A stretch of DNA of 45,827 nt, taken from positions 1-45,827 of the forward strand of contig CAYQQI010000002.1 of assembly GCA_964419595.1 (NCBI GenBank), read 5' to 3'. Of the stretch, positions 36,730-45,827 are shown piece after piece. This DNA is from an uncultured Candidatus Saccharibacteria bacterium (GTDB lineage Bacteria > Patescibacteriota > Minisyncoccia > Phycocordibacterales > UBA2100). The position numbers and the translations under genes were made by a program. The number at the start of each line of letters is the position of its first letter. Within the stretch, counting starts at the first letter, position 1. The notes beneath the pieces were generated by a model that was not told where the DNA came from, did no database searches, and saw only the letters and a program-made list of their open reading frames with translations.

Positions 36730-38220
36730 ATGGCAAAGACTCAGATAGAGCTCGACCTGGACGCGGCAAACGCGGAGATCGCGGCGCTTAAGGCCGCGGT
36801 GAGTTACATGACGCTCATGAGCATTAGTCCGGTTGACGGTCGTTACGATCGCTACACAAAGGTGCTGAAGCCGATCGCAAGTGAATTCGGCCTCATCAAG
36901 TATCGGATACAGGAGATGATTCTCTATCTCATTGCGCTTATCAATCACGGAGACCTCGACATCGACGCTCGCGGTATCGATGTTGAACACCTCCTGAAGA
37001 GCATCATCCGCGACTTTACGGTCGAAGATGCAATGGCTATTAAGCAGCTTGAGACTAAAGGTTGGAATGGTATTCCTGCTACCAATCACGACGTGAAGTC
37101 CTGTGAGTTCTGGCTTCGATGGAAGCTGGAACAGCTCGGGCTTGCGCACCTTATCGAATGGATCCATTTCGCAAAGACTTCCGAGGACACCAACAACGTC
37201 GCGTATGCACTCATGCTTCGAGACATCCTCGGCGTAGTCGTGCCGAAGCTTTCGTTGATCAACGAAAGCTTCGAGGCCATGGCAAAGCGCTATGCTCCGC
37301 TCTCGATGCTATCGAGGACGCACGGACAACCGGCCACCCCAACGACGCTCGGAAAAGAGTTCGGTGTGTTTGCACGCAGACTCTCGCGTCAGCTCAACCA
37401 GCTCGTCTCATTTCCGTTGCAGGTCAAACTCAACGGCGCGAGCGGCAACTATGCGGCAATGTATGCCGCGTATCCGAATGTCGACTGGGAATCCTTCGCG
37501 AAGGAGTTCATCGAAAGCGAGATCTACATCAAGGGCAACGACTACATTGTGTTCGAACAGAACGAGCTCACCACGCAGATCGAACCGCACGACACCTACG
37601 CTGAGCTGTTCGCTATCTTCTCGCGCATCAACACCATCCTGATCGATTTCTCACAGGATATGTGGCGATATGTGAGCGATGACTGGATCGTGCAGCGTCC
37701 GGTTGAAGGCGAGATCGGTTCATCGGCGATGCCACATAAAGTGAACCCGATACAGGTTGAGAACTCCGAAGGCAACCTAGGCCTCGCGAATGCGCTCCTC
37801 GGATTCTGCTCTCTAAAGCTGCCGATATCTCGGCTGCAGCGTGACTTGTCGGACTCGACTGTTGAGCGCGTCATCGGTGTGATGTTCGGACACATGATCG
37901 TGTCGTACGAGAATATTCTCGGCTTCATGCAAAAGATATCGGCCAACGAAAAGAAGATCGCCGATGTGCTCAATGAGCATCCGGAGGTCCTCACCGAGGC
38001 CTACCAGAATATTTTGCGAAGCGTCGGCTATCCAAACCCGTACAACGTGTTCAAAACGCTTGCACGGGGCAAGAAGCTCACGCTCGAAGACCTCCATGCG
38101 TTCATCGATTCGATGGACTCAACCTACGCGAATGACGACGTAAAGGCTCGCATGAAGGCGCTCCAGCCCGATATGTACGTCGGTATTGCGCCCAAGCTTG
38201 CGATTCCATCGACGATCTAA
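36730..38220 (+). CDS. purB: Adenylosuccinate lyase
   Basis: It has ISPVDGRY near the N-terminus and the fumarate-lyase signature GSSAMPHKVNP. The start could instead be the Met at 36808, because homologs begin near SPVDGRY. Confidence 0.93.
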   Translation: MAKTQIELDLDAANAEIAALKAAVSYMTLMSISPVDGRYDRYTKVLKPIASEFGLIKYRIQEMILYLIALINHGDLDIDARGIDVEHLLKSIIRDFTVEDAMAIKQLETKGWNGIPATNHDVKSCEFWLRWKLEQLGLAHLIEWIHFAKTSEDTNNVAYALMLRDILGVVVPKLSLINESFEAMAKRYAPLSMLSRTHGQPATPTTLGKEFGVFARRLSRQLNQLVSFPLQVKLNGASGNYAAMYAAYPNVDWESFAKEFIESEIYIKGNDYIVFEQNELTTQIEPHDTYAELFAIFSRINTILIDFSQDMWRYVSDDWIVQRPVEGEIGSSAMPHKVNPIQVENSEGNLGLANALLGFCSLKLPISRLQRDLSDSTVERVIGVMFGHMIVSYENILGFMQKISANEKKIADVLNEHPEVLTEAYQNILRSVGYPNPYNVFKTLARGKKLTLEDLHAFIDSMDSTYANDDVKARMKALQPDMYVGIAPKLAIPSTI

Positions 38221-38242
38221 ACATACGATCCTTACAACGAAG

Positions 38243-38269
38243 AACCCGCGGAGCGATCCGCGGGTTTTT
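38243..38269. terminator. Bidirectional rho-independent terminator between purB and ftsW
   Basis: AACCCGCGGA-GCGA-TCCGCGGGTT forms a 10-bp stem, followed by TTT. Confidence 0.7.
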
Positions 38270-38278
38270 ACTTTTGAC

Positions 38279-39403
38279 TCACGCGCGTGTGCGATGCCGT
38301 GAGACGGCAAGCAGGATGCCTGCGCTCGCGAGGGAAACGAGCATCGCAGAACCGCCTTGGCTCACAAATGTCAGCGGCACACCGGTAAGCGGGGCAAGGC
38401 CCAGCATCGAAGCGATGTTAATGAATGCTTCGGCGGAAAGGTATGTAACGGTTCCGATCCCCAGATACGCAACGAATGGGTCTATCGCTTTTGCCGAAAC
38501 AATAAGCCCGCGAAGTGCAAAGGCCGTAAACAAGGCAACAATCACGACTGCGCCAATAAACCCGAGCTCTTCTGCGGCAACTGCAAAAATAGAGTCTCCC
38601 ATCGGTTCAGGAAGATACGTGAACTTTTGAATCCCCTGCCCGAATCCCCTACCTGTAATTCCACCGGAGCCCACCGCGATAAGCGACTGTTTAATTTGAT
38701 ACGCCTGGTCGTGTTGGCCTTTCGACGGATCAAAGAAAGTCATTACACGCTCACGCACGTACGGCCGAGCAATGGCAAGCACAGAAAGAGAAAGCAATCC
38801 GATGAGGAGGACAATAGCGATGTCCCGCCATGTTGCTCCGGCAGCAATATAGACAGCAAATGCTCCGATAATTACGATGCCGAGTGTGCCCATGTCGGGC
38901 TGTAAGAGCAGAAGCAGCGTCGGAGCCGCAACGATCGCCAAGAAACCGCCGAGACCATATTGCATCGTGCTCACCCGAGATCGAATGGCTGCGAAGTACG
39001 CCGCCGCCATGATAACGGTCGCAATTTTTAACAGTTCAGACGGCTGAAACGAAGTCCCGAACAGTATGATCCACCGCCTTCCGCCGCCATGCTCAGCCCC
39101 GAGTCCGGGAATAAATACCAGCGCAGTCGCAAACAGTGCGAGTCCGAATGCATATGGTGCGTATCGTCGCCATAGCCTCACATCTATGACGGTGCAGAGC
39201 ACGAGCGCGACGAGGCCGAGCCCTACTCCAAGGGCTAAGTGATTGAAGACGACGGACGACGTGTGTGTGGCCCCGCGTGCAAGCAAACCGAACGCGGCGG
39301 ACGCAAAAATAAGACATCCACCGAATAGCAGCGCAGCGAGAATAATGATGAGCGGCCTGTCTATTCGGGAGGAATTTCTCGACATAGGTAGAAATTGTAA
39401 CAC
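38279..39403 (-). CDS. ftsW: SEDS-family peptidoglycan glycosyltransferase FtsW/RodA
   Basis: 374 aa with about 10 TM helices and the block YLPEPMGDSIFAVAAEELGFIG. Confidence 0.9.
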   Translation of the reverse strand: MLQFLPMSRNSSRIDRPLIIILAALLFGGCLIFASAAFGLLARGATHTSSVVFNHLALGVGLGLVALVLCTVIDVRLWRRYAPYAFGLALFATALVFIPGLGAEHGGGRRWIILFGTSFQPSELLKIATVIMAAAYFAAIRSRVSTMQYGLGGFLAIVAAPTLLLLLQPDMGTLGIVIIGAFAVYIAAGATWRDIAIVLLIGLLSLSVLAIARPYVRERVMTFFDPSKGQHDQAYQIKQSLIAVGSGGITGRGFGQGIQKFTYLPEPMGDSIFAVAAEELGFIGAVVIVALFTAFALRGLIVSAKAIDPFVAYLGIGTVTYLSAEAFINIASMLGLAPLTGVPLTFVSQGGSAMLVSLASAGILLAVSRHRTRA

Positions 39404-39456
39404 TCACACCTCGGCGAGGCTTCGCCGGGCGCGACCCCGGAGAATACGCGGGGCAG

Positions 39457-40536
39457 CTACGCCACTGAGATCGATGCTAAAGCGATGATGACCCCCGCAA
39501 CTGCAAACACCACGGAAAGTACCCAATAGCGCATGACAACCTTGTATCCCGGCCAGCCGATGGCCTCAAAATGATGATGGAGCGGCGCAACGCGGAATAG
39601 TTTTCGGCCGAGGAATCGTTTCCAGATGATCTGCAGTATGTCGGACATAACGGTGAGCACCAAGAGCATGCCGATGATGGGCAAAACGGAAATTCCGACT
39701 CCTCCTCCGAGGTTGTCAGTCATGAACGCGATGGTGGCTATGGTGAGCGTGAGCCCCATCGTGCCGGTATCCGACATGTAAAAGCGCGCAGGAGGAATGT
39801 TGTACCAGAGAAAGGCCAATAAGCCGCCCATGATAGCGGCGGAGAATGCCGCCAAATTGATCTGGCTCTGTGCAAAGGCAATGATCGTGTACGAGGCAAA
39901 GATGGATGCAAAAACGCCGCCGGAGAGCCCGTCGATGCCGTCGATAACGCCCGATGCATAGAGCGCGAGCGACATGAGAACAAAGAACGGCACGATCAGG
40001 AACCCGAGTGTGAGCGGATCCGCGAACGGAATATTGATGGCGGTTATATCGAGCTTGTCCCAGAACCACCATCCGATGAATGCGGAAAGTAGTACCACGA
40101 TTATCAGTCGGTATCGCAGCGGAAGACCCTCTCCTTCGGGCTGAATGACCAACAGGTCGTCGACGAGTCCGACAAGAGAGCCGATGACAAGTACCGCGAG
40201 CGGTATCCATGTTTGGCTGCGTGATAGAAAATCGAGTCTCAAAACCTCGGCTCCCGGAATCACATGAGCAAGGATGTATATACCGAATGCGGTCAAAAGA
40301 ACCGAGCCCCAGATCACGATGCCGCCCATTCGCGGCGCACGAACCTCGTGCTTCTCGTGCAAACGATTAAATTCTTCCGCCTTTGTACCGTCGAGTGAGA
40401 GCTTACCTGGCTTCTTCTTCCATGCTTTGAATGTGTACAGGTAGTGAGTGAGTATCGGAGTACATAGAATGCCGATCGAGAACGCGGCTGTCGCCGGTAC
40501 CAGAATGCGGATCATGTCTGTGAGCGATGCGTCCAT
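39457..40536 (-). CDS. mraY: Phospho-N-acetylmuramoyl-pentapeptide transferase MraY
   Basis: 359 aa, polytopic, with DDLL, GIDGLSGG, and the APLHHHFE signature. Confidence 0.95.
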   Translation of the reverse strand: MDASLTDMIRILVPATAAFSIGILCTPILTHYLYTFKAWKKKPGKLSLDGTKAEEFNRLHEKHEVRAPRMGGIVIWGSVLLTAFGIYILAHVIPGAEVLRLDFLSRSQTWIPLAVLVIGSLVGLVDDLLVIQPEGEGLPLRYRLIIVVLLSAFIGWWFWDKLDITAINIPFADPLTLGFLIVPFFVLMSLALYASGVIDGIDGLSGGVFASIFASYTIIAFAQSQINLAAFSAAIMGGLLAFLWYNIPPARFYMSDTGTMGLTLTIATIAFMTDNLGGGVGISVLPIIGMLLVLTVMSDILQIIWKRFLGRKLFRVAPLHHHFEAIGWPGYKVVMRYWVLSVVFAVAGVIIALASISVA

Positions 40537-40675
40537 ACCCGGTCAGTACAATTTCGAATTATTCCTGTCTGTGATCACATGTCGATCCATGGTGGCCTTG
40601 AACGCTATCAAGTGAAATGAATGAGTGGTTTCTGTATTCATATGAAGACTATTCGAATTTGTCCTACCGGGCATA

Positions 40676-41638
40676 CTATTGCGTCATCACCGCCTCACGT
40701 GCTCGGTCCACGAGTATTTTCATATCGCTGAATCGCGCCGCTTCAGTCGAGCCCATCACTACCGCGACAACGGGGTGTGCAAGGCCCACATCGAATACAA
40801 CGGCAAGGTTCCCTCCTGCAAGATCGGTAAAGCCGGTTTTGCCCAGAATGAGCCCGGGAATATCGCCGAGGACTTCGTTGGTATTGGTAACGGATGCTAC
40901 GGAACCGTTCTCTGCGTGAACGAGTCGTCCATTTTCGGTCGTGCCGCTGAACGTGTCCGGGTAGTTAGCCGCAGCGTATGCAAATAGCGTTGCTACATCG
41001 CGCGCAGAACCGTACGCACCGGATTGTGTAAGACTCTCATCGAGTCCGCTCGGATTCAAAAAGTATGTATGCGAAAGACCAAGCTCGGACACCAGATTGT
41101 TCATACGCCACAGTGTTGCGCCCCCCATCGGGGCCTGCGGATATTTCTGATTGATCGATTTCTCCGCTACCGCGCCGAGAATATCCGCGCCTTCGTTAGA
41201 ACTCGCAATCAGTGTGTAGTCTATGAGATCCTGCAATTTCAATACTTCACCCAGGTGCAGCTGCTGAGCATTGCTGTTCCAACCGGTGTCCGCCGGAATC
41301 GTCACCGTTGCGTCCTTGGGCATGGATTCGGCGACCACGACGACAAGCGGCACCTTTGTGAGTGATGCGAGCGGCAACTGCGCGTCGGCGTTCTTCGCAT
41401 ACAAAACCTTGCCGGTAAAGATGTCGATAACAACGGCCGACTTCCCTGCGATAGCAATGTGTTCAAACGGGTCGGCCACGGCTACGGCGGCGGCTTGCTG
41501 CACGACCGGCGGCTGCATTGAATCGAAATATCCGTACACTATGAAAAAAGCGGCTGCCGCAATAAGACAGAGAAGCGTCAGTCCGTAGCGGGCAATAGTG
41601 TGTGCGGATGGGTCATTCCGGTTGGGAGTCTCCCCCAT
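40676..41638 (-). CDS. Serine-type D-Ala-D-Ala carboxypeptidase (S11, PBP5/DacB-like)
   Basis: It has SxxK (ASLTKV), SxN (SSNEG) and KTG (GKTGFT) motifs, plus an N-terminal TM anchor. The track start at 41692 would overlap scpB by 80 nt. I chose the Met at 41638, and 41656 is also possible. Confidence 0.82.
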   Translation of the reverse strand: MGETPNRNDPSAHTIARYGLTLLCLIAAAAFFIVYGYFDSMQPPVVQQAAAVAVADPFEHIAIAGKSAVVIDIFTGKVLYAKNADAQLPLASLTKVPLVVVVAESMPKDATVTIPADTGWNSNAQQLHLGEVLKLQDLIDYTLIASSNEGADILGAVAEKSINQKYPQAPMGGATLWRMNNLVSELGLSHTYFLNPSGLDESLTQSGAYGSARDVATLFAYAAANYPDTFSGTTENGRLVHAENGSVASVTNTNEVLGDIPGLILGKTGFTDLAGGNLAVVFDVGLAHPVVAVVMGSTEAARFSDMKILVDRAREAVMTQ

Positions 41639-42212
41639 ATTCTGATGTGGCGGCATGAATAGTATCGAAGGGATTCTTTTGCTGTGCCTCAAATGCGGCT
41701 AATTCGTTCGTTATTTTAACATAATCCGGCAGTTTTGTCGCCTCGGTGACGCCAAGGTACGCAATGAGCTCCGAGGTCGGCCGGTAGAGGTATTCTCTGG
41801 CATCTTTGGGGTTTGGGATACGCTCGAGTAGTCCGCGAGCCGCAAGCGCGCGAATTGTGGTGGACGTATTTACTCCTCGAATGTAGTCTATCTGTGAGCG
41901 AGTCGAGGGTCCTCGATACAGAATGACGGCAAGTACTTCGAGCCCCGCGTCGCCTATCTCACGACCCACTTCGCGCTCAAATGCTTTCTCAATAGTCTCC
42001 GCCGCCTGGGGAGCGATGGTGAGAGCAACCTCAGTATCTGTTTTGACAAGCGAAATTCCGGTCCCCGCCCGCTTCTGTTCAAGCTCAGTCAATCCGGCTC
42101 GCAATTCATCATCTGAGCAATCGAGCAGTTGGAGTAATTTTTTATACGAAAGCGAGCCGCCCTCCGTAAAGAGGAGCGCTTCGATACGGTCTGAAAGGGG
42201 GAGTGTAGCCAT
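41613..42212 (-). CDS. scpB: Segregation and condensation protein B
   Basis: It contains IEALLFTEGGSLSYKKL and two winged-helix repeats (VLAVILYRGPSTRSQIDYIRGVN). Confidence 0.88.
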   Translation of the reverse strand: MATLPLSDRIEALLFTEGGSLSYKKLLQLLDCSDDELRAGLTELEQKRAGTGISLVKTDTEVALTIAPQAAETIEKAFEREVGREIGDAGLEVLAVILYRGPSTRSQIDYIRGVNTSTTIRALAARGLLERIPNPKDAREYLYRPTSELIAYLGVTEATKLPDYVKITNELAAFEAQQKNPFDTIHAATSEYGGDSQPE

Positions 42213-42220
42213 AGCTCGTA

Positions 42221-42952
42221 TTATACGCCGTAGCGTGGTGCACCCTCGACTCCCTCGCTCTCTATGGTAATGTCGTCGAATAATTTCTCCTGCGTAACCG
42301 ATGCGGAACCGTTTCGAACGAGTTCGAGCATTGCGAGGAAATACACAATGACCTCATGACGGTCTTTCGACTTTGTAAGTTCCCGAAATTGCGTTTTGAA
42401 TGCCGTGCTCAGACGCGCCTTCAAACTTACGATAACGTCTTCGAGTGCAAGGACCGGTGCAACAGCCGCCTCTACCAATGCCTCGGCCTTCGGTAAAAGC
42501 GAAATGAGTCGTTGCAATACTCCGGAGATGGTATCTACCGTCGCCTCCGCAGGGTTGAACACGGGCGCGCGTAGCGGTGCGCGTTTCGGAAATCGGTACG
42601 GCGCTCTTCCCCACTCTTTACGGAGCCCACGAGCAGCTTTTCGTACCACTGCATAGCGGGCCAATCGCCGCTCCAGTTCGTCTACTGATTCGCGTTCATC
42701 TTCGGAAAGCGTGAGCGTGGGGAGGAGTGTTCGAGACTTTATAAGCAAGAGCGTCGAAGCTACAAGAATGAACTGCGCGGTTTCTCCCAGTGGGAGCTCC
42801 GGAAGTTTTTCCACGTACGCAAGGTATGAATCCGTTACATCGGCAAGCGTGACTTCCGAAATGGAAAGTTTTCGCTCCTCAATAAGATCCAAGAGCGCCT
42901 CGAGCGGTCCTTGGAAGGCCTCCGTCTCCAGATTAAATCGTTCATCAGTCAT
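42221..42952 (-). CDS. scpA: Segregation and condensation protein A
   Basis: It contains FQGPLEALLDLIEERKLSISEVTLADVTDSYL and a C-terminal winged helix VIVYFLAMLELVR. Confidence 0.88.
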   Translation of the reverse strand: MTDERFNLETEAFQGPLEALLDLIEERKLSISEVTLADVTDSYLAYVEKLPELPLGETAQFILVASTLLLIKSRTLLPTLTLSEDERESVDELERRLARYAVVRKAARGLRKEWGRAPYRFPKRAPLRAPVFNPAEATVDTISGVLQRLISLLPKAEALVEAAVAPVLALEDVIVSLKARLSTAFKTQFRELTKSKDRHEVIVYFLAMLELVRNGSASVTQEKLFDDITIESEGVEGAPRYGV

Positions 42953-43301
42953 CTTTGATAGTTACGAGGTGAACATGGAAGTGTCCGGGTATTGAAAAGC
43001 GTTTTGCGGTCGATTCCATAAGGTATTCATAATTATCGCCGATGTAGGTGTGCTTGAGTTCATTGTACTCCGTCCATTCCGCTTGGGTGAGCTCAGAAAG
43101 TGCGGCGTGACGTATCGGTAAGATCATATCGTGCCTGTCCGCTATCCGATCGTAAGGATAGTCGTTACCGATGATGCGCCAACACGTGAACGACTTCAAT
43201 GAGCTCTTCTTACAAAGCGGACATTCACCGCTGAACGTCCCTGCAGCCATGAGGTCTTCGTAGATCTTTCGCGAGTCCGGTGTACGGAGCGATCCATTCA
43301 T
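42945..43301 (-). CDS. HIT-family (histidine triad) protein with an N-terminal CxxC
   Basis: 118 aa with CPLCKK near the N-terminus and the histidine triad GHFHVHLV near the C-terminus. Confidence 0.7.
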   Translation of the reverse strand: MNGSLRTPDSRKIYEDLMAAGTFSGECPLCKKSSLKSFTCWRIIGNDYPYDRIADRHDMILPIRHAALSELTQAEWTEYNELKHTYIGDNYEYLMESTAKRFSIPGHFHVHLVTIKDD

Positions 43302-43304
43302 AGA

Positions 43305-44651
43305 TCACTGAGTTTCCTCTTCGCTCAACCGGCCGTCGATGCGGTTCATATCACGCGGGAACATTGTTGCCTCGCGGATATTCTTGAGACCGAGTATCTG
43401 CATCGTCATACGCTCCGCACCGAATGCAAACCCACCTTCGGGTGGAACACCGTAGCGAAATGCTTCGAGGAACATCTCTATCTTTTTCTGATCCATTCCC
43501 CACACCGCCACATGCTCCATCAATTGCTTGTAGTCGTGAATACGACGACCGCCGGAGAGCCATTCAACACCTCGGCACAAAAGGTCCATGCCCTCATTGA
43601 CTTCCGGGTTCTCAACGCTCGGATATACGTAGAAGGGACGCTGACGGGTCGGATAGCCATACACGTATACAAAGTCTGAACCCGTTTCCTCTTTGATCAT
43701 TTCGCAAAGCTGACGCTCGTCCTCTGGGTTGAGGTCTTTCTCACCGCGAACATCACGGCCGGTTTTGGAATGAATTTTTTCCTGCGCCTCTGCAAGGGTC
43801 ATCGTAGGAGTCGATTCGAGCATTACCGGGAGCGTTGCTCCGAGGTACTCCAGTTCTTTCGCGCAGCGCTCACCGACTTGCTGCAGCACATAACGGACCG
43901 TTCCTTCCGACATATCTCGAACGTCACGCCACGAGTCGATGAACGACATTTCGGCATCAAGCGAAACAACTTCGGTGAGGTGGCGCGTGGTCGACGACGG
44001 CTCCGCACGGAATATTTTGTTGACGGAAAACACGCGCTCGAAAGCGGTCATCACTATTTGTTTGTAGAGCTGTGGCGACTGCGACAAATACGCCTGCTTA
44101 TCGAAGTATTGAACTTGAAACACCTCTGCCCCGCCTTCCGCCGTTGCGGGAACTATCGAGGGCGCCTGAAATTCGAAAAAGTCCTGCTGCTTCATGTATT
44201 CGCGGAAAGAATCGATGATGACGGCCTGCACTTTGAATATGGCCTGTAACTTCGGGTGACGCATGGTAAGTGCGCGGTGATCGAGCTCTGTGGTGAGGTC
44301 GACGTTGTAACCGCTCTCAGACATATCAAACGGCAAGGGTTCCGCCTCTGCAAGCACCGTAAGCCCCAGGACCTCGAGTTCGATATCGCCATTCTGCACC
44401 TTTGCGTTGCGATTCTTTTCCGGCCGCTGATTGACCTTGCCCTCAACGGCCACTACAAACTCAACACGAACTTCCTTTGCAGCTTCTATTGCAGCAGAAT
44501 TCGGAAGGACCACTCCCTGCACGGTCCCCGAGCGATCGCGGAAATCAAAGAAGACCATCTTGCCCTGGTCGCGGCGCACCGACACCCACCCCTTAATGAG
44601 TACAGTCTCGCCCGTGCGACCTCCTAAGTCTGTAATGAGTGTTCGTTCCAT
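43305..44651 (-). CDS. aspS: Aspartyl-tRNA synthetase, archaeal/eukaryal type (possibly non-discriminating)
   Basis: 448 aa, class IIb, with an N-terminal OB fold. It has QSPQLYKQ, motif 2 FRAEPSSTTRHLTEVVSLDAEM, and motif 3 GGFAFGAERMTM. Confidence 0.88.
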   Translation of the reverse strand: MERTLITDLGGRTGETVLIKGWVSVRRDQGKMVFFDFRDRSGTVQGVVLPNSAAIEAAKEVRVEFVVAVEGKVNQRPEKNRNAKVQNGDIELEVLGLTVLAEAEPLPFDMSESGYNVDLTTELDHRALTMRHPKLQAIFKVQAVIIDSFREYMKQQDFFEFQAPSIVPATAEGGAEVFQVQYFDKQAYLSQSPQLYKQIVMTAFERVFSVNKIFRAEPSSTTRHLTEVVSLDAEMSFIDSWRDVRDMSEGTVRYVLQQVGERCAKELEYLGATLPVMLESTPTMTLAEAQEKIHSKTGRDVRGEKDLNPEDERQLCEMIKEETGSDFVYVYGYPTRQRPFYVYPSVENPEVNEGMDLLCRGVEWLSGGRRIHDYKQLMEHVAVWGMDQKKIEMFLEAFRYGVPPEGGFAFGAERMTMQILGLKNIREATMFPRDMNRIDGRLSEEETQ

Positions 44652-44653
44652 AT

Positions 44654-45688
44654 TTACTCAAGTTCAACTCCGATACGGCGCCTCACCTTTTCCATCTTAG
44701 CGGAGGCGAATTTGCGCGCTTGTGCCTTGCCTTTGCGTAACACATCAATGATCTCGTCCTTCGTAATATCGCGTCTTCGTACGCGCATATCGTGTGTGGC
44801 ATCGACTATGGTTTTTGCAAGTTGCTCCTTGGCCTCTTTATAGCCAACGGAGCCGGCCATGTAGCGCTCTCGAAGGGATGCAGCTCCCGCCTCGTCGTAC
44901 AGTTTGTATATTTTGAGCACAATGTCATCCGGGTTCAATGGCGAGCCGACCGGTTCTGAACCCGTTTTTATAGCCATGACCGCCCGCATAATATCGGCAT
45001 CGGTGCCGAAAAGCGGAATGGTGTTTTGGTAGCTCTTGCTCATCTTGGCGCCGTCAACTCCCGGAACTGTGCTCGCGCCGGAATAGATGTTCCCTTCTAC
45101 CTTCTCATTGAACATCATTGCTTCGTCGATAACGTCGGCCTGAACATTCTCGTTGAAGAATTCTTCCGAGCCGCGCTTGGGCATGTAGTTGATATTAAAT
45201 TTCGCCGCAATTTCCCGCGTGTACTCGATATGCTGGCGCTGGTCTTCGCCCACCGGTACTTCGGTTGCATCGTAAAGCAAGATATCTGCCGCCATGAGTG
45301 TGGGGTACGAAAAGAGTCCGACGGATGCCGGAATACCTTTTGCTACCTTGTCCTTATACGCGTGACCGAGCTCCAGAAGTGCCATGTTTATCTGGCAGTT
45401 GAATATCCACGCCAGCTCTGTGTGCTCTTTCACTTCAGACTGCTGAAACATGATGACCTTGTCGGGATCGACGCCGGCCGCAATGTAATCACCCGCAATG
45501 GCAATAATGTTGTTCTTGAGCTCTTCCTGGTTCTTAAGCGAGGTGAGCGCGTGGTAATCCGCTATCATCAGGAACACGTGCTCAAACTTAGGGTTCTTGC
45601 TCAATTCGATGAGCGGCTTGAGTGAGCCAAAATAGTTGCCTATATGCAGTGCGCCCGAAGGTTGCAGGCCTGTAAAAAGTCGTGCCAT
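44654..45688 (-). CDS. trpS: Tryptophanyl-tRNA synthetase
   Basis: It has FTGLQPSGALHIGNYFG (HIGH region), GEDQRQHIE, and KMSKS. TATATT lies 7 nt upstream of the ATG. Confidence 0.95.
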   Translation of the reverse strand: MARLFTGLQPSGALHIGNYFGSLKPLIELSKNPKFEHVFLMIADYHALTSLKNQEELKNNIIAIAGDYIAAGVDPDKVIMFQQSEVKEHTELAWIFNCQINMALLELGHAYKDKVAKGIPASVGLFSYPTLMAADILLYDATEVPVGEDQRQHIEYTREIAAKFNINYMPKRGSEEFFNENVQADVIDEAMMFNEKVEGNIYSGASTVPGVDGAKMSKSYQNTIPLFGTDADIMRAVMAIKTGSEPVGSPLNPDDIVLKIYKLYDEAGAASLRERYMAGSVGYKEAKEQLAKTIVDATHDMRVRRRDITKDEIIDVLRKGKAQARKFASAKMEKVRRRIGVELE

Positions 45689-45715
45689 GGGCGTAAATAT
45701 AGCAGAAAAAGCCCC

Positions 45716-45827
45716 TTATGCAGCGGTAAATTCGACGATGAAGCGCGAACCCCTGTCTTTGCCGTCGGATTCCGCCCAAATGCGGCCGCCCTGCACTTCG
45801 ACCAGCCGCCGGCAGACCGTGAGTCCC
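45716..45827 (-). CDS. C-terminal end of a sensor histidine kinase (HATPase_c G2 region). The 5' part lies outside the window.
   Basis: My own reverse-strand translation gives GLTVCRRLVEVQGGRIWAESDGKDRGSRFIVEFTAA-stop. This resembles GLGLxIxxxIVExHGGxIWxES..GxGSxF. Confidence 0.6.
   Translation of the reverse strand, partial: GLTVCRRLVEVQGGRIWAESDGKDRGSRFIVEFTAA

Noticed and set aside
36730-36807. N-terminal 26-residue Ala/Leu/Glu-rich extension of PurB as a functional coiled-coil add-on
   Set aside because: It more likely reflects start-codon ambiguity, because homologs start near SPVDGRY and Met codons exist at 36808 and 36817. I cannot decide this from the sequence alone.

Overview
This is a 45.8-kb, gene-dense chromosomal segment with about 50 CDS on both strands and many 1-4 nt overlaps. 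It consists almost entirely of housekeeping genes. I saw no rRNA, tRNA, CRISPR array, transposase, integrase or phage genes. The gene content suggests a reduced-genome bacterium, plausibly Patescibacteria/CPR, but this is inference only. The supporting features are a DUF5671-type membrane protein, an Ada-like/'sunset' Zn-motif protein, an archaeal-type AspRS, shortened ATP synthase delta and epsilon subunits, and almost no Shine-Dalgarno sites.

Gene order, left to right:
- a partial SAM-methyltransferase, divergent from ahcY-maf;
- a secreted 3D-domain protein, an alpha/beta hydrolase and a fasciclin protein;
- the F1Fo ATP synthase operon atpB-E-F-H-A-G-[NUDIX-rdgB-NUDIX]-D-C;
- two large secreted wall-hydrolase-like proteins plus an RNHCP zinc-ribbon protein;
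- a flavodoxin-fold NAD(P)H oxidoreductase, ychF and a DUF5671 protein;
- a 1120-aa leuS;
- corA-like and cysS on the minus strand;
- an S41 peptidase, rplI and rpmA;
- an accessory-looking block: Zn-motif membrane protein, orphan 268-aa protein, DEDD exonuclease, NUDIX, ICMT-like methyltransferase, a 646-nt noncoding gap, a small secreted protein and a transglutaminase-like protein;
- murG-gltX-M23 peptidase on the minus strand;
- purB;
- a long minus-strand array trpS-aspS-HIT-scpA-scpB-dac, then mraY-ftsW;
- the 3' end of a histidine kinase at the right edge.

Most noteworthy observations:
1. LeuRS carries two embedded hydrolase modules flanking its editing domain: a GHSLGG serine-hydrolase fold and a perfect NUDIX box.
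2. Three nucleotide house-cleaning genes are inserted between atpG and atpD.
3. A short upstream ORF duplicates the first 13 codons of leuS and ends in an ATGA overlap with the leuS start.
4. Many genes have a -10 hexamer 6-10 nt upstream of the ATG, which implies leaderless mRNAs.
5. atpG and rpmA share a tandem CTAYAACCT leader motif.
6. A 646-nt structured noncoding region may encode an unrecognised RNA.
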